Assembly: GCA_900548125.1 (NCBI GenBank)
Contig: URJN01000001.1
Coordinates: forward strand, 1 to 26,787
Direction of reading: 5' to 3'
DNA: 26,787 nucleotides
Source: an uncultured Eubacteriales bacterium
GTDB taxonomy: Bacteria; Bacillota; Clostridia; Christensenellales; Aristaeellaceae
Below the pieces are notes generated by a model. It was not told where the DNA came from. It searched no databases and worked only from the letters and a program-made list of their open reading frames with translations. This document shows, one piece after another, positions 1 through 11,564 of this stretch. Position 1 is the stretch's first letter; each line of letters begins with the position of its first letter. Both the position numbers and the translations under genes were made by a program.

Positions 1-771
1 TCGCTTCTCCTCCTTATGATATCCGGGTAGCGAAAGCAATTCGGGTTCGCCATCCGTGATGAGGATGGTGTGTTCGTAATGTGAGCAGAGGCTGCCGTCG
101 GTGGTGACTACCGTCCAGCCATCGCGGAGCGTTTTCACATTATAGCCCCCCGCGGCGATCATCGGCTCAATGCAGATGGTCATTCCCCGGCGAAGCCGTA
201 CACCATGCCCGGGCGCGCCGTAGTTCGGCACGCTTGGATCTTCGTGCATCTCGCGCCCGATTCCATGCCCGCAAAGGTCGCGGACCGCGGAATAACCGCG
301 CTCCTCGACATATTGCTGAACGGCATGACCGATATCGCTTATGCGATATCCCTCGCGCGCCACTTGAAGGGCGGCGAAAAAGCTCTGCTCCGTCACGTCA
401 ATCAGGCGCTGAGCCTCTGGGCTGATCAGTCCGACGCCCATGGTAAAGGCACTGTCGGACTGCCAGCCGTCAAGGATCAGACCCGAATCAATCGAGATAA
501 TCTGACCTTCGCGCAGCACCGTGGAATCGCTCGGTATGCCATGCACCACCTGAGAATCCACCGATGCGCAGATCGAGGCAGGATACCCCTCATAGTTCAG
601 GAAGGAAGGGACGGCGCCGTAACCGCGAATGAGCTTTTCCGCATAGCGGTCAAGCTCTTTCGTGGTGATACCGGGCTCGATCTTCCCTTTCAGCTGCTCA
701 AGAACCTCGTGCAACAAGGCGCCGGCCTCACGCATCTTGGCTATTTGAGAAGCATTCTTGATGGTAATCAT
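1..771 (-). CDS. map: Methionine aminopeptidase type I (3'-partial, runs off window edge)
   Basis: Manual translation, absent from the ORF track because there is no stop in the window: [17 protein letters not shown]...GHGIG..MHEDP.VPNYG...ICIEPMI...[11 protein letters not shown]. The ATG overlaps the adk stop (ATGA). Canonical position after adk. Confidence 0.95.
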   Translation of the reverse strand, partial: MITIKNASQIAKMREAGALLHEVLEQLKGKIEPGITTKELDRYAEKLIRGYGAVPSFLNYEGYPASICASVDSQVVHGIPSDSTVLREGQIISIDSGLILDGWQSDSAFTMGVGLISPEAQRLIDVTEQSFFAALQVAREGYRISDIGHAVQQYVEERGYSAVRDLCGHGIGREMHEDPSVPNYGAPGHGVRLRRGMTICIEPMIAAGGYNVKTLRDGWTVVTTDGSLCSHYEHTILITDGEPELLSLPGYHKEEKR

Positions 772-1397
772 TTCGTTTCACCCAGCGCAGCAAGAATCGC
801 GTTGAAGCAATCCTCCATCGGCTGAGCACCGTCCACACGGCGCAGCAGCCCGCGCTGCTCGTAGTACTCGATCAGCGGAGCCGTCTGCTTGTGGTAAACG
901 TTCAGTCGGCTGAGTACCGTTTCGGCTCTGTCGTCGTCGCGCTGAATCAGCTCTGCGCCGCAGCGTTCGCAGCCCGTGCGCCCATCGAGATGGGCGACGT
1001 GATACGTTCCGCCGCAAGCCGGGCAGACCCGACGGCCGGACAGACGCTCAATCAGCTTTTCATCGCTGACGTCGATGTCTACCACGGCGTCGATGTCGGC
1101 AAAGCCGGCAAGTGCTTCCGCCTGCGGCACCGTGCGCGGAAAGCCATCCAGAACATAGCCCTTCTGGCAATCCGGCTGCGCGAGCCGTTCGCGAACGATG
1201 TCGATGACGACGGAATCCGGCACAAGCGCACCGGCGTCAATGTAGGCTTTGGCAGCCAGACCGGTCGGCGTTTGTTCCTTGATGGCGCGGCGAAGGATAT
1301 CGCCCGTGGAAATCTGCGGAATGCCCAGCTGCTCGCAGATGCGGACAGCCTGCGTTCCCTTGCCCGCGCCGGGCGGGCCAAGAAAAATCACGTTCAT
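768..1397 (-). CDS. adk: Adenylate kinase (Zn-LID type)
   Basis: [11 protein letters not shown]-loop, LDGFPRT, and CPAC/CERC in the LID. Start moved to MNVIF, which follows a GAGGT RBS. Confidence 0.97.
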   Translation of the reverse strand: MNVIFLGPPGAGKGTQAVRICEQLGIPQISTGDILRRAIKEQTPTGLAAKAYIDAGALVPDSVVIDIVRERLAQPDCQKGYVLDGFPRTVPQAEALAGFADIDAVVDIDVSDEKLIERLSGRRVCPACGGTYHVAHLDGRTGCERCGAELIQRDDDRAETVLSRLNVYHKQTAPLIEYYEQRGLLRRVDGAQPMEDCFNAILAALGETK

Positions 1398-1425
1398 GCT
1401 CAAGTACCTCACGCTGACCTCGTCA

Positions 1426-2670
1426 TCAACCAAGGAAGCCCTTGTGATGACGCATGACCATCTGCGCCTCGATCTGACGAATCGTCTCGATGCCGACGGA
1501 AACCGCGATCAGCACGCTGCTCGCTCCGAACGGAGCGCTGATGTCGAAGATGCGGGTCAGCATGGTCGGGATGGTCGCCAGAACTGCGAGGAACAGTGCG
1601 CTGAACAGCGTCAGACGGCTGGATACGCGGGAGAGATAATCGCTCGTCGCACGACCCTGGCGGATGCCCGGGATGATGCCGCCGTTCTGCTGCATGTTCT
1701 TGCTGATATCAACCGGATTGAAGGTGATGCTGGTGTAGAAGTACGTGAAGGCGATAATCAGCACCGCCAGCACGACCTGATACCAGAGGCTGTTCTGGAA
1801 GGTCAGCCATCCCCTGTTAATGCCGCTCGTCGGGAAGAACGCAAAGATCGTCGCCGGGAACTGCAGAATGGCAAAGCCAAAGATCAGCGGCATCACGCCG
1901 GTAGAGTTAATTTTCATCGGGATGTAGGTGGACTGACCGCCATACATCTTGCGACCCACCACGCGCTTGGCGTACTGAATCGGGATGCGGCGCTCGCCCA
2001 TATCTACAAAAGTGATGGCAACGATCATCGCCAGCAGAGCGATTACGATAACGATAACCGCCAGCGGGCTGACCGCGCCCTTCACCATGCCAACCACGGC
2101 CTGACGACCCCAGTTGAACATGTTGGACACGATGCCTGCCATAATCAGCAGGGAAACGCCGTTGCCGATGCCGTTCTCGGTGATACGCTCACCGATCCAC
2201 ATCGCCAAGGCACTGCCCGCTGCCATGGAGAGACCGATAACAAGGTACCAGATTCCGCCATTCGAGTTGGCGCGCATCGCAAAGACCAGACCAACCGCCT
2301 GAATGAACGCCAGCACGACGGTCAGGTAGCGGGTGTACTCATTGATCTTCTTGCGTCCCTCCGGACCTTCATTCGCCAGCTTTTCCAGTGCCGGAATGGC
2401 AACCGTCAAAAGCTGCAGGATGATGCTGGAGTTGATGTACGGAGTGATACCCATGGCCATGATGCTCATGTTCTGGAAAGAACCGCCGGTCATCATGTTC
2501 ATGAAGTCCAGGATCGAATAGTCCTTAACGGCGCTGGCGACCGCCGCGATGTTGATACCCGGAACCGGGATCACGCACAGCAGGCGGTACATCAGCAGCA
2601 TGCCAAAGGTGTAAATGATCTTCTTGCGGAGCTCCGGAATGCGCCAGGCATTCTTCATCTTTTCCAGCAT
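1426..2670 (-). CDS. secY: Preprotein translocase subunit SecY
   Basis: [26 protein letters not shown] and IPGIRQG motifs, many TM segments, located between rplO and adk. Confidence 0.98.
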   Translation of the reverse strand: MLEKMKNAWRIPELRKKIIYTFGMLLMYRLLCVIPVPGINIAAVASAVKDYSILDFMNMMTGGSFQNMSIMAMGITPYINSSIILQLLTVAIPALEKLANEGPEGRKKINEYTRYLTVVLAFIQAVGLVFAMRANSNGGIWYLVIGLSMAAGSALAMWIGERITENGIGNGVSLLIMAGIVSNMFNWGRQAVVGMVKGAVSPLAVIVIVIALLAMIVAITFVDMGERRIPIQYAKRVVGRKMYGGQSTYIPMKINSTGVMPLIFGFAILQFPATIFAFFPTSGINRGWLTFQNSLWYQVVLAVLIIAFTYFYTSITFNPVDISKNMQQNGGIIPGIRQGRATSDYLSRVSSRLTLFSALFLAVLATIPTMLTRIFDISAPFGASSVLIAVSVGIETIRQIEAQMVMRHHKGFLG

Positions 2671-2671
2671 A

Positions 2672-3112
2672 TCAGATCACCTCAGCAGTTCCACCGACGG
2701 CCTCGATCTTCTCCTTTGCAGAACCAGTGAACTTTACGGCCTTCACCGTCAGCTTTTTGGTCAGCTCACCGTTGCCCAGAACCTTCAGACCATCCAGCTC
2801 CTTGCGGATGATCTTCTTCTCGACCAGCATCGCCGCGGTCACTTCGGTGCCGTTCTCGAACACCTCGAGGTCGCTCACGTTGACAGTCGCATATTCCTTG
2901 GCAAAGATATTCTTAAAGCCGCGCTTCGGCAGCTGGCGAACCAGAGGCATCTGACCGCCTTCAAATCCCGGACGCTTGCCGCCGCCGCTGCGGGCCTTGG
3001 CACCCTTGTGGCCCTTGCCGGACGTCTTGCCCAGGCCGGAGCCGACGCCGCGGCCCAGACGGCGCGGCGCGGTGGTGGAGCCCAGTGCGGGCTTCAGCTC
3101 ATTCAGCTTCAT
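2672..3112 (-). CDS. rplO: 50S ribosomal protein uL15
   Basis: [20 protein letters not shown] and FEGGQMPL motifs. Confidence 0.98.
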   Translation of the reverse strand: MKLNELKPALGSTTAPRRLGRGVGSGLGKTSGKGHKGAKARSGGGKRPGFEGGQMPLVRQLPKRGFKNIFAKEYATVNVSDLEVFENGTEVTAAMLVEKKIIRKELDGLKVLGNGELTKKLTVKAVKFTGSAKEKIEAVGGTAEVI

Positions 3113-3124
3113 GGTGAATCCTCC

Positions 3125-3307
3125 TTAGTCGCTGATTTCGACCACAGACACCAGGTGGCTTACCTTGAAGATCATGCCGCGGATAGACGGAGTATCCTCA
3201 AACACCTTGGTGGAGCGGATCTTGTGCAGGCCCAGAGCCTTCACAATTTTAATGTGGTTGGGCTTGCTGGAGACAGGAGACTTCACAAGCGTTACCTGCA
3301 ATTTCAT
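3125..3307 (-). CDS. rpmD: 50S ribosomal protein uL30
   Basis: ALGLHKI...IRGMIFKVSHLV; canonical position. Confidence 0.96.
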   Translation of the reverse strand: MKLQVTLVKSPVSSKPNHIKIVKALGLHKIRSTKVFEDTPSIRGMIFKVSHLVSVVEISD

Positions 3308-3324
3308 ACGTCTCTTCCTCCTTA

Positions 3325-3882
3325 TCAGCCGAGCAGCTCTTCGACGGTCTTGCCGCGCATCTTCGCCACTTCTTCGGCGCTGCGCAGAGAAGCCAGACCC
3401 TCGATGGTCGCCTTCACCATGTTAATCGGGTTGTTGGAGCCGTAGCTCTTGGTGCGGATGTCCTTCACGCCGCACAGCTCAAGCACAGCACGCGCCGGGC
3501 CGCCGGCGATAACGCCGGTACCTTCCGGAGCCGGCAGCAGCACGATCTCGCCCGTGCCGAAACGGCCGACGGTCTCGTGCGGGATGCTGGTGCCCTTCAT
3601 GCTGACGTGAACGAGGTGCTTCTTGGCATCCTCGGTCGCCTTGCGGGCGGCTTCCGGAATTTCGGTCGCCTTGCCAATACCGCAGCCGACGCGGCCCTTG
3701 CCGTCGCCGATGACAACCAGAGCTGCAAAGCGGAAGTTACGGCCGCCCTTAACAACCTTGGTTACGCGATTGATGGCAACCATCTTCTCCTGGAATTCGC
3801 TCTCCGGACGACGATCGCGGCGCGGACCGCGCTCACGGCGCTCGCCGCGCTCCTGCGGTTTCTTTTCCATATCCTGAGGCAT
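3325..3882 (-). CDS. rpsE: 30S ribosomal protein uS5
   Basis: [16 protein letters not shown] and GTGVIAGG motifs; AGGGAGG RBS. Confidence 0.98.
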   Translation of the reverse strand: MPQDMEKKPQERGERRERGPRRDRRPESEFQEKMVAINRVTKVVKGGRNFRFAALVVIGDGKGRVGCGIGKATEIPEAARKATEDAKKHLVHVSMKGTSIPHETVGRFGTGEIVLLPAPEGTGVIAGGPARAVLELCGVKDIRTKSYGSNNPINMVKATIEGLASLRSAEEVAKMRGKTVEELLG

Positions 3883-3902
3883 TTTTTGAATCCTCCCTTG
3901 AA

Positions 3903-4271
3903 TCAGAAGTCGAGGCCCGCTTCACGGGCGCCTGCGGCAACCTCCGCCACGCGGCCGGTGTAAACATAGCCGCCGCGGTCGAAGACGACCTTCTTGATGC
4001 CAGCCTGCAGCGCACGCTCAGCAACGGTCTTGCCGACGAGCTTGCCCGCGCCCTTCTTGTCCAGCTCACCGAGCTGACCCTTGATCTGCGGATCGAGGGT
4101 GGAGCAGGAAACCAGAGTCTTGCCGGCTACATCGTCGATGACCTGAACATAGATGTTGTTCAGGCTGCGATATACGCTCAGACGCGGCATTTCGGGCGTG
4201 CCGCTGATCTTCTTACGCACACGCTCATGACGGATCTTACGGATCTCATTACGATCACGTTTGGTAAACAT
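3903..4271 (-). CDS. rplR: 50S ribosomal protein uL18
   Basis: [16 protein letters not shown] and AREAGLDF motifs. Confidence 0.98.
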   Translation of the reverse strand: MFTKRDRNEIRKIRHERVRKKISGTPEMPRLSVYRSLNNIYVQVIDDVAGKTLVSCSTLDPQIKGQLGELDKKGAGKLVGKTVAERALQAGIKKVVFDRGGYVYTGRVAEVAAGAREAGLDF

Positions 4272-4288
4272 TAGCGCTCACTCCCTTA

Positions 4289-4831
4289 TTACTTCTTACC
4301 GGTCTTGCCTTCCTTTTGACGGACAACCTCATCCGCATAACGGATGCCCTTGCCATGATACGGCTCCGGCTTGCGGACAGCGCGGATATCAGCGGCAATG
4401 TTGCCCACCTGCTGCTTGTCGATACCAGAAACCTCGATGGTCGTCTGGTTCGGAGTAGCGAAGGTGATGTTCTGCGGCGCCTTCATGATGACGGGATGGC
4501 TGTAACCGATGGTGATGTTCAGGGTGTCGCCCTTCGCCTCGGCACGATAGCCGGTGCCCACCAGAGCCAGCGTCTTCTTGTAGCCCTGGCTCACGCCGTT
4601 CACCATGTTGGCGATCAGAGCGCGGTACAGACCGTGGAAAGCGCGATTCTGCTTCTCGTCGTTCGGGCGGGTGACATGCACCTCATTGCCCTCAACCTTG
4701 ACGGTGATGTTCTTGTTGACCGTCTGCTCCAGCTGACCCTTCGGGCCCTTCACAACGACATGGTTGTCGTCGGAAACGGTGACCGTGACGCCGGCCGGAA
4801 TTGCGATCGGATGTCTTCCGATACGAGACAT
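4289..4831 (-). CDS. rplF: 50S ribosomal protein uL6
   Basis: MSRIG start; RKPEPYHGKGIRY motif. Confidence 0.98.
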   Translation of the reverse strand: MSRIGRHPIAIPAGVTVTVSDDNHVVVKGPKGQLEQTVNKNITVKVEGNEVHVTRPNDEKQNRAFHGLYRALIANMVNGVSQGYKKTLALVGTGYRAEAKGDTLNITIGYSHPVIMKAPQNITFATPNQTTIEVSGIDKQQVGNIAADIRAVRKPEPYHGKGIRYADEVVRQKEGKTGKK

Positions 4832-4860
4832 TGTTTTTACCTCCGTTTCAGCGTCGTCGA

Positions 4861-5259
4861 TTACCAGATGTAAGCGAGCACTTCGCCGCCAATCTTGGCA
4901 GCGCGGGCCTGCTTGTCGGTCATCACGCCCTTAGACGTGGAGACGATAGCGATACCCAGACCGCCCAGCACCTTCGGCAGCTCCTCGCACTGCGCGTAAA
5001 CGCGCAGGCCCGGCTTGCTGATGCGCTTGAGGCCAACGATGACGCTCTGCTTCTTGTCGGTGTACTTCAGACCGATCTTGATCTGACCGGCGAGACCGTC
5101 GTCGATGAAATCGACGCTCTTGATGTAGCCTTCGTCGAGCAGGATCTTGGCGATGGACTTCTTCATGTTGGAAGCCGGCACCATCACAGAGTCGTGCTTG
5201 GCGATTTGAGCATTGCGGATGCGGGTGAGCATATCTGCAATGGGATCGTTAACGAGCAT
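4861..5259 (-). CDS. rpsH: 30S ribosomal protein uS8
   Basis: [22 protein letters not shown] and GGEVLAYIW motifs. Confidence 0.98.
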   Translation of the reverse strand: MLVNDPIADMLTRIRNAQIAKHDSVMVPASNMKKSIAKILLDEGYIKSVDFIDDGLAGQIKIGLKYTDKKQSVIVGLKRISKPGLRVYAQCEELPKVLGGLGIAIVSTSKGVMTDKQARAAKIGGEVLAYIW

Positions 5260-5271
5260 TTCAGTTCCTCC

Positions 5272-5457
5272 TTACCAGCTGGCCTTGCGGACGCCGGGAA
5301 TCTCTCCCTTGTACGCCAGTTCGCGGAAACAAATGCGGCACACGCCGTACTTGCGAAGTACGGAGTGCGGACGGCCGCACAGGCGGCAGCGGGTGTAAGC
5401 GCGAGTAGAGAACTTCGGCTCCTTCTGCTGCTTGTTGATCATACTGGTCTTAGCCAT
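5272..5457 (-). CDS. rpsN: 30S ribosomal protein uS14, short Zn-binding (C+) type
   Basis: 61 aa; RCRLCGRP...CRICFRE. Confidence 0.97.
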   Translation of the reverse strand: MAKTSMINKQQKEPKFSTRAYTRCRLCGRPHSVLRKYGVCRICFRELAYKGEIPGVRKASW

Positions 5458-5473
5458 GTGATTGTCCTCCTCC

Positions 5474-6016
5474 TTACTTCGTGAAAGGCATGCCCATCAG
5501 GCGAAGCAGCTCTTTGCACTCTTCGTCGCTGTGAGCGGTGGTCACGAAGATCATTTCCATGCCGCGAACCTTCTCTACCTTATCGTATTCGATTTCGGGG
5601 AAGAGCAGCTGCTCACGAATGCCCAGCGCATAGTTGCCGCGGCCGTCGAAGGCCTTGTCGCTTACGCCGTGGAAGTCGCGAACACGCGGGAGGGCAATGT
5701 TCATCAGCTTGTCCATGAATTCATACATACGCTCGCCGCGCAGGGTGACCTTCGCGCCGATGTTCATGCCTTCACGGAGCTTGAAGTTAGCGATGGACTT
5801 CTTCGCCTTGGTGGTGATCGCCTTCTGGCCGGCAATGGCTTCCAGCTCCTTCACCGCGACTTCCAACGCCTTGGGGTTGTCCTTGCAATCGCCAAGACCC
5901 ATGTTGATCACGATCTTGTCAATCTTCGGGATCTGATTCACGTTCTTGTAACCGAACTTCTGCTGCAGGGCAGGAACCACTTCGGTCACGTACTTATCGT
6001 AAAGACGCGCTTCCAT
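5474..6016 (-). CDS. rplE: 50S ribosomal protein uL5
   Basis: KIVINMG, FKLREG and FDGRGNY motifs. Confidence 0.98.
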   Translation of the reverse strand: MEARLYDKYVTEVVPALQQKFGYKNVNQIPKIDKIVINMGLGDCKDNPKALEVAVKELEAIAGQKAITTKAKKSIANFKLREGMNIGAKVTLRGERMYEFMDKLMNIALPRVRDFHGVSDKAFDGRGNYALGIREQLLFPEIEYDKVEKVRGMEMIFVTTAHSDEECKELLRLMGMPFTK

Positions 6017-6034
6017 TACTTGTTTCCTCCTGCA

Positions 6035-6349
6035 TTACTCTTCGATGCTCGCGCCGCACTTCTTGCAGACACGAACCTTGTTGCCGTTCTCGAGCACGCT
6101 GTAGCCCACGCGAACGCCCTTCTTGCACTTCGGGCAGACGAGCATCACGTTGCTGGCGTCGATAGCGGCTTCCTTCTTCACGATGCCGCCCGGCACGCCC
6201 TGCTGGCGCGGCTTTTGATGCTTGGTGGCAATAGCAACGCCTTCCACGACGACCTTGCCGGTCTTCGGGGAAGCAACCAGAACCTTGCCTTCCTTGCCCT
6301 TGTCCTTACCGGTGATCACAACCACCGTATCCTTGGAACGGATATGCAT
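6035..6349 (-). CDS. rplX: 50S ribosomal protein uL24
   Basis: KOW motif [24 protein letters not shown]. Confidence 0.98.
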   Translation of the reverse strand: MHIRSKDTVVVITGKDKGKEGKVLVASPKTGKVVVEGVAIATKHQKPRQQGVPGGIVKKEAAIDASNVMLVCPKCKKGVRVGYSVLENGNKVRVCKKCGASIEE

Positions 6350-6365
6350 ATTCTCTTGCCCCTCC

Positions 6366-6734
6366 TTACAGAACTTCGGGAGCCAGAGACACGATCTTCA
6401 TGAAGTCGTGCTCACGCAGCTCGCGGGCGACCGGCCCAAAGATACGGGTGCCCTTGGGCTGCTTGTCGTTGTTGATGATAACGGCAGCGTTGTCATCAAA
6501 ACGGATGTAGGAACCGTCCGGACGACGGTAGCTCTTGTGCGTACGAACGATAACGGCCTTCACGACATCGCCCTTCTTCACAACGCCGCCGGGCGTTGCG
6601 CTCTTGACCGAAGCCATGATGATATCGCCGACCGAGCCGGTCTGGCGGAAAGAACCGCCCATGACGCGGAAGCACATAATTTCCTTAGCGCCGGTGTTAT
6701 CGGCGACTTTAAGACGCGTTTGCGGCTGAATCAT
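6366..6734 (-). CDS. rplN: 50S ribosomal protein uL14
   Basis: [21 protein letters not shown] and SLAPEVL motifs. Confidence 0.98.
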   Translation of the reverse strand: MIQPQTRLKVADNTGAKEIMCFRVMGGSFRQTGSVGDIIMASVKSATPGGVVKKGDVVKAVIVRTHKSYRRPDGSYIRFDDNAAVIINNDKQPKGTRIFGPVARELREHDFMKIVSLAPEVL

Positions 6735-6763
6735 TGAGTTATTTCCTCCTTATCCGACAGGGC

Positions 6764-7024
6764 TTACTTCGCCTTTTCGATGATCTCGACCAGGCGCCAG
6801 CGCTTGTCATGGCTAAGCGGACGGGTCTCCATAACGCGAACGGTGTCGCCGATGCCACACTCATTGTTCTCGTCATGGGCCTTGATCTTGGTGGTACGGT
6901 TCATGATCTTGCCATACAGCGGATGGCGAACGCGATATTTGACCGCGATGGTGATGGTCTTGTCCATCTTGTCGCTGACGACAACGCCAACGCGGGTCTT
7001 GCGCATACCTCTTACTTCAGACAT
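6764..7024 (-). CDS. rpsQ: 30S ribosomal protein uS17
   Basis: [17 protein letters not shown] and ETRPLS motifs. Confidence 0.98.
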   Translation of the reverse strand: MSEVRGMRKTRVGVVVSDKMDKTITIAVKYRVRHPLYGKIMNRTTKIKAHDENNECGIGDTVRVMETRPLSHDKRWRLVEIIEKAK

Positions 7025-7045
7025 AATGCGATCTCCTTTCCCGGG

Positions 7046-7246
7046 TTACGCCTGAGCCTTAAGCTCGAGGCTGCGCAGCGCGGTCTTGGCACGGGCGATG
7101 TCGCGCTTGGTGTTGGCGATCGCCATCGTATCCTGAAGCTGGCCGGTAGCCAGCTGGAAGCGCAGATTGAAGAGTTCCTTCTTCAGCTCCACGACCTTAT
7201 CATTGAGCTCAGCGGCAGTCATGCCGTTAAACTGGTTCTTCTTCAT
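7046..7246 (-). CDS. rpmC: 50S ribosomal protein uL29
   Basis: ELFNLRFQLATGQL motif. Confidence 0.97.
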   Translation of the reverse strand: MKKNQFNGMTAAELNDKVVELKKELFNLRFQLATGQLQDTMAIANTKRDIARAKTALRSLELKAQA

Positions 7247-7683
7247 TACGCTTCACCACCTTCGCTGGTCTTCGCGGTTTCACGCGCGATGATCTTGGTC
7301 TTCAGCGGCAGCTTATGCTGCGCCAGGCGCAGAGCCTCACGCGCATCCGCTTCCGCGACGCCCTTGATCTCAAAGAGCACACGGCCCGGCTTTACAACCG
7401 CAACCCAGTACTCAGGAGAGCCCTTGCCGGAGCCCATTCGGGTCTCAGCCGGCTTCTCCGTGATCGGCTTATCCGGGAAAATCTTGATCCAAACCTGACC
7501 GCCACGCTTGGTGTAACGGGTCAGCGCGATACGGGCGGCCTCGATCTGGCGGGCGGTCACCCAGCTCGGCTCAGTGGCAACAATGCCGAAATCGCCGTAA
7601 GCCAGGAAGTTGCCACGCTGGGCCTTGCCCTTCATGCGGCCGCGGAAGACGCGGCGGCGCTTTACTCTCTTGGGCATCAACAT
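7246..7683 (-). CDS. rplP: 50S ribosomal protein uL16
   Basis: MLMPKR start, QIEAARIA and RMGSGKG motifs. Confidence 0.98.
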   Translation of the reverse strand: MLMPKRVKRRRVFRGRMKGKAQRGNFLAYGDFGIVATEPSWVTARQIEAARIALTRYTKRGGQVWIKIFPDKPITEKPAETRMGSGKGSPEYWVAVVKPGRVLFEIKGVAEADAREALRLAQHKLPLKTKIIARETAKTSEGGEA

Positions 7684-7686
7684 GGT

Positions 7687-8412
7687 TTATTTGCCTCCTT
7701 CGGTCTTGGCCGGAGCTTTCTTCGCGGTCGGAAGAACCTGGCCCTTGTAGATCCAGACCTTCACGCCCAGGCGGCCGTAAGCGGTCTTCGCCTCGGCAAA
7801 GCCGTAGTCAATGTCGGCACGCAGGGTCTGCAGCGGGATGGAACCCTCGTGGTAGCCTTCGCTGCGCGCGATGTCCGCGCCGCCCAGACGGCCGGCAACG
7901 CTGGTCTTGATACCCTTAGCACCCGCACGCATGGAGCTCTGCAGGCACTTCTTCATCGCGCGGCGGAAGGACACACGGTTCTCCAGCTGGGAAGCGATGT
8001 TCTCGGCGACGAGCTGCGCGTCGAGATCCGGGTTCTTGATTTCCTGAACGTTGAGGATAACCTGAGCGTTCTGCGCGCCCAGCTCCTTCACGATGGCAGC
8101 CTTGATCTTCTCGATGTTCGCGCCGTTCGCACCGATGACGATGCCCGGCTTCGCCACGTTCAGGTTCACCGTCACGCGCACCTTGTCGTTGTCAAAGCGG
8201 CGCTCGATGTCAATAGAAGAGATGCCGGCGTCGTAGAGCTTGACAGACTTCTTGCTCTTGTCGTCTACGAACTCCAGCTCCTTAATCATTTTGCGGAGCT
8301 TCGCGTCGGACACGAGATTGTCCGCGAAGTTCTTCTTATCCGCATACCAGCGGGTACTCCAATCCTTGATGACGCCGACGCGGGCGCCATGCGGATTCAC
8401 TTTCTGGCCCAT
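7687..8412 (-). CDS. rpsC: 30S ribosomal protein uS3
   Basis: MGQKVNPHG start, [10 protein letters not shown] and [11 protein letters not shown] motifs. Confidence 0.98.
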   Translation of the reverse strand: MGQKVNPHGARVGVIKDWSTRWYADKKNFADNLVSDAKLRKMIKELEFVDDKSKKSVKLYDAGISSIDIERRFDNDKVRVTVNLNVAKPGIVIGANGANIEKIKAAIVKELGAQNAQVILNVQEIKNPDLDAQLVAENIASQLENRVSFRRAMKKCLQSSMRAGAKGIKTSVAGRLGGADIARSEGYHEGSIPLQTLRADIDYGFAEAKTAYGRLGVKVWIYKGQVLPTAKKAPAKTEGGK

Positions 8413-8424
8413 CCGAAAACCTCC

Positions 8425-8808
8425 TTACTTCTGGTCGAGCACGACGGTGATGTGGCTCGTGCGCTTGAGCATCGGGGACGCGCTGCCGCGGCTGCGGGCA
8501 ACGTAACGCTTGAGCGTCGGGCCCGGGTTCGCGAACACTTCCGCGACATACAGGGAGCCACGGTCCATGCTCAGGTTGTTTTCGGCGTTAGCAATCGCAG
8601 AAAGCAGCAGCTTCTCAACAACGGGAGCCGCAGCCTTCGGCGTGTACATCAGGATCGCAAGCGCCTCGTCGACCTGCTTACCGCGGATCAGATCGATAAC
8701 GATCTTCACCTTACGGGAAGAGATGCGCACGTAACGAGCGGTCGCGCGGGGACGCTTGTCCGCAGTTTCCTTGCGAACCTTCGCCTTTTCACGAATTCTG
8801 GTAGCCAT
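8425..8808 (-). CDS. rplV: 50S ribosomal protein uL22
   Basis: [15 protein letters not shown] and KRTSHITVV motifs. Confidence 0.97.
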   Translation of the reverse strand: MATRIREKAKVRKETADKRPRATARYVRISSRKVKIVIDLIRGKQVDEALAILMYTPKAAAPVVEKLLLSAIANAENNLSMDRGSLYVAEVFANPGPTLKRYVARSRGSASPMLKRTSHITVVLDQK

Positions 8809-8822
8809 GCGATTTCACTCCT

Positions 8823-9101
8823 TTACTTGCGGCCGCTGGCGCTCTCACCGGCGTGACCCTTGAAGGTACGCGTCGGGGCGAACTCACCCAGCTTGTGACC
8901 AACCATCTCTTCCACGATGTAAACCGGCACATGCTTGCGGCCGTCGTGTACCGCGATGGTGTGACCAACCATCTGGGGGAAGATGGTGGACGCGCGGGAC
9001 CAGGTCTTCAGCACGCTCTTCTTGCCGGATTCGTTCATTTCCTCGACCCTCTTGAGCAGCTTAGCAGCTACATAGGGGCCCTTCTTGACCGATCTGCTCA
9101 T
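8823..9101 (-). CDS. rpsS: 30S ribosomal protein uS19
   Basis: KTWSRASTI and [13 protein letters not shown] motifs. Confidence 0.98.
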   Translation of the reverse strand: MSRSVKKGPYVAAKLLKRVEEMNESGKKSVLKTWSRASTIFPQMVGHTIAVHDGRKHVPVYIVEEMVGHKLGEFAPTRTFKGHAGESASGRK

Positions 9102-9116
9102 TGATGAGTCCTCCTA

Positions 9117-9950
9117 TTACTTGTTGCCCGCACGCTTGACAATCTTCTTGTCAGAGTACTTCTTGTGCTTGCGGGTCTTCAGGCCGAGAGCCGGCTTGCC
9201 CCACGGGGTGACAGGCGCGGGCAGACCAACAGGGCTCTTGCCTTCGCCGCCGCCGTGCGGGTGATCACACGGGTTCATAACAACACCGCGGACGCTCGGG
9301 CGGATGCCCATGTGACGGCTGCGACCGGCCTTACCGATGCGAACGTTGCTGTGGTCAGCATTGCTCACGGTGCCGATGGTTGCCTTCGCGTCCATAGAGA
9401 TCATGCGGACTTCGCCGGAGGGCAGACGGACCTGCGCGTTCGCGCCTTCCTTAGCCATCAGCTGAGCGGCGTCGCCGGCGCTGCGAACGAGCTGGCCGCC
9501 GCGGCCCGGAACGATCTCAATGTTGTGGATCAGCGTACCGAGAGGGATGTTGCGGATCGGCAGGGCGTTGCCCGGCTTGATGTCCGCGCCTTCACCGCTG
9601 AGTACGGTGTCGCCGGTCTTCAGGTCGATCGGCGCCAGGATGTAGCGCTTCTCGCCGTCGGCGTAGTTGAGCAGCGCGATGAACGCGGTGCGGTTCGGAT
9701 CGTACTCGATGCCGGCAACCTTGGCGGGGATTCCGTCCTTGTTGCGCTTGAAGTCGATCACGCGGTACTTGACCTTGTTGCCGCCGCCCTGATGACGAAC
9801 GGTGATCTTGCCCTGCTTATTGCGGCCGGCGTTCTTCTTCTTGCTTTCCAGAAGGGACTTTTCCGGCGCCGTCTTGGTGACTTCCTCGTAGGTGAGCACC
9901 GACATGAAACGTCTGGCCGGGGAAGTCGGCTTATAAACACGAATAGCCAT
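9117..9950 (-). CDS. rplB: 50S ribosomal protein uL2
   Basis: EYDPNRTA and [13 protein letters not shown] motifs. Confidence 0.99.
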   Translation of the reverse strand: MAIRVYKPTSPARRFMSVLTYEEVTKTAPEKSLLESKKKNAGRNKQGKITVRHQGGGNKVKYRVIDFKRNKDGIPAKVAGIEYDPNRTAFIALLNYADGEKRYILAPIDLKTGDTVLSGEGADIKPGNALPIRNIPLGTLIHNIEIVPGRGGQLVRSAGDAAQLMAKEGANAQVRLPSGEVRMISMDAKATIGTVSNADHSNVRIGKAGRSRHMGIRPSVRGVVMNPCDHPHGGGEGKSPVGLPAPVTPWGKPALGLKTRKHKKYSDKKIVKRAGNK

Positions 9951-9967
9951 TTTCGTTAACCTCCCTG

Positions 9968-10264
9968 TTACTGCGCCATGCCGTCGAAGAACTCAATGGT
10001 CTTGGAGTCTTTCTTCAGCGTGACGTAAGCCTTCTTGATTTCGGGGGTGCGGCCGGCGTAACGGCCCTGACGCTTGATCTTGCCGAGGGTGCGCAGGGTG
10101 TTGACGCTTTCAACCTTCACGCCGAACGCGGCTTCCACAGCCTGCTTGATCTCGATCTTGTTCGCGTTGATCGCTACTTCGAAAACGTAGCGCTTGTCCG
10201 CCATGCCGTCGTAGGACTTTTCAGTCAGAACGGGGCGGAGGATGATATCATGAGGATTCTTCAT
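9968..10264 (-). CDS. rplW: 50S ribosomal protein uL23
   Basis: [18 protein letters not shown] and KKAYVTL motifs. Confidence 0.98.
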   Translation of the reverse strand: MKNPHDIILRPVLTEKSYDGMADKRYVFEVAINANKIEIKQAVEAAFGVKVESVNTLRTLGKIKRQGRYAGRTPEIKKAYVTLKKDSKTIEFFDGMAQ

Positions 10265-10887
10265 TACGCGTAAACCTCCTCAACGAGCTTGACCGCTTCC
10301 TCGGTGATGATGAACTTCTCATTGCCGAGGATATCCAACACGTTGATCGTGTTGACGTAAACGGTCTTCAGGCCCGCGATGTTCGCGGACGCGCGGGTGA
10401 TGGTGTCGTCCGGGCCGGCGAGCACGAGCAGCGCGGTCTTTTCGACGCCCAGGTTCTTGAGGATCTTGGCGACCTCGCGGGTCTTCGGCGCGGTCAGGGC
10501 GATCTTGTCAAGAACGATCATCTCGCCATCGTTCACCTTGGAGGTGAGGGCGCCCTTGAGCGCCAGGCGGCGAACCTTCTTCGGGACGTTCACGACGTAG
10601 TCACGCGGCTTCGGCGCGAATACGACGCCGCCGTGGGTGAACTGCGGCGCACGGTTGCCATGATGGCGAGCGTTGCCGGTGCCCTTCTGGCGGTAGATCT
10701 TGCGTCCGCCTCCGCGAACTTCGCCGCGGGTCTTGGCGGACTGGGTGCCCTGGCGCTTGGCGGCCAGCTGGCTGCGAACGACCAGGTGCAGGACGCTCTC
10801 GTTGATCTCGGAGGCGAAGATCGCTTCGCTCAGCTCGATCTCACCGACTTTAGCGCCTTCCTGATTCAGCATTGCAATCTTAGGCAT
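10264..10887 (-). CDS. rplD: 50S ribosomal protein uL4
   Basis: [26 protein letters not shown] motif. Confidence 0.98.
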   Translation of the reverse strand: MPKIAMLNQEGAKVGEIELSEAIFASEINESVLHLVVRSQLAAKRQGTQSAKTRGEVRGGGRKIYRQKGTGNARHHGNRAPQFTHGGVVFAPKPRDYVVNVPKKVRRLALKGALTSKVNDGEMIVLDKIALTAPKTREVAKILKNLGVEKTALLVLAGPDDTITRASANIAGLKTVYVNTINVLDILGNEKFIITEEAVKLVEEVYA

Positions 10888-10905
10888 TGTGACGGTTCCT
10901 CCTTA

Positions 10906-11547
10906 TCAGGCCTTGACGGAATCGCGGATCACGAGGGTTCCGCCGTTCGGGCCCGGCACAGCGCCGCGCACGAGCAGCAGGTTGCGCTCGGCATCCACGC
11001 GCACAACGCTCAGATTCAGCGTGGTGACACGGTCAACGCCATAGTGGCCGGACATCTTCTTGTTCTTGAACACGCGGGACGGCGTGGAGTTCGCGCTCAG
11101 GGAACCTACGCCGCGGTGATACTTGGAGCCGTGAGCCATCGGGCCGGTGTGCTGGTTCCAACGGGCGATCGCGCCGGTAAAGCCATGACCCTTGGAGGTG
11201 CCGGTGATGTCAACCTTGTCGCCCGCGGCGAAGACATCAACCTTCACCTCGTCGCCAACGTTGTAAGCGGAGCAATCCTCAAGGCGCAGCTCGCGCAGCT
11301 TGCGGCAGGGGGCGACGTTCGCCTTGGCGAAGTGACCCTTCAGGGGCTTGTTCACCAGCTTCTCGGCACGGTTCTCAGCGTAAGCGTCGAAGCCGACCTG
11401 AATCGCCTCATAGCCGTCGTTTTCCACGGTCTTCTTCTGAACGACCGGGCAGGGACCTGCCTGAATAACGGTAACCGGGATCAGGCGGCCGTCCTCGGTA
11501 AAGATCTGCGTCATGCCGATCTTCTTGCCGACGATACCTTTCTTCAT
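10906..11547 (-). CDS. rplC: 50S ribosomal protein uL3
   Basis: [20 protein letters not shown] and GAVPG motifs. Confidence 0.98.
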   Translation of the reverse strand: MKKGIVGKKIGMTQIFTEDGRLIPVTVIQAGPCPVVQKKTVENDGYEAIQVGFDAYAENRAEKLVNKPLKGHFAKANVAPCRKLRELRLEDCSAYNVGDEVKVDVFAAGDKVDITGTSKGHGFTGAIARWNQHTGPMAHGSKYHRGVGSLSANSTPSRVFKNKKMSGHYGVDRVTTLNLSVVRVDAERNLLLVRGAVPGPNGGTLVIRDSVKA

Positions 11548-11564
11548 ATCTACTTACCTCCTGA

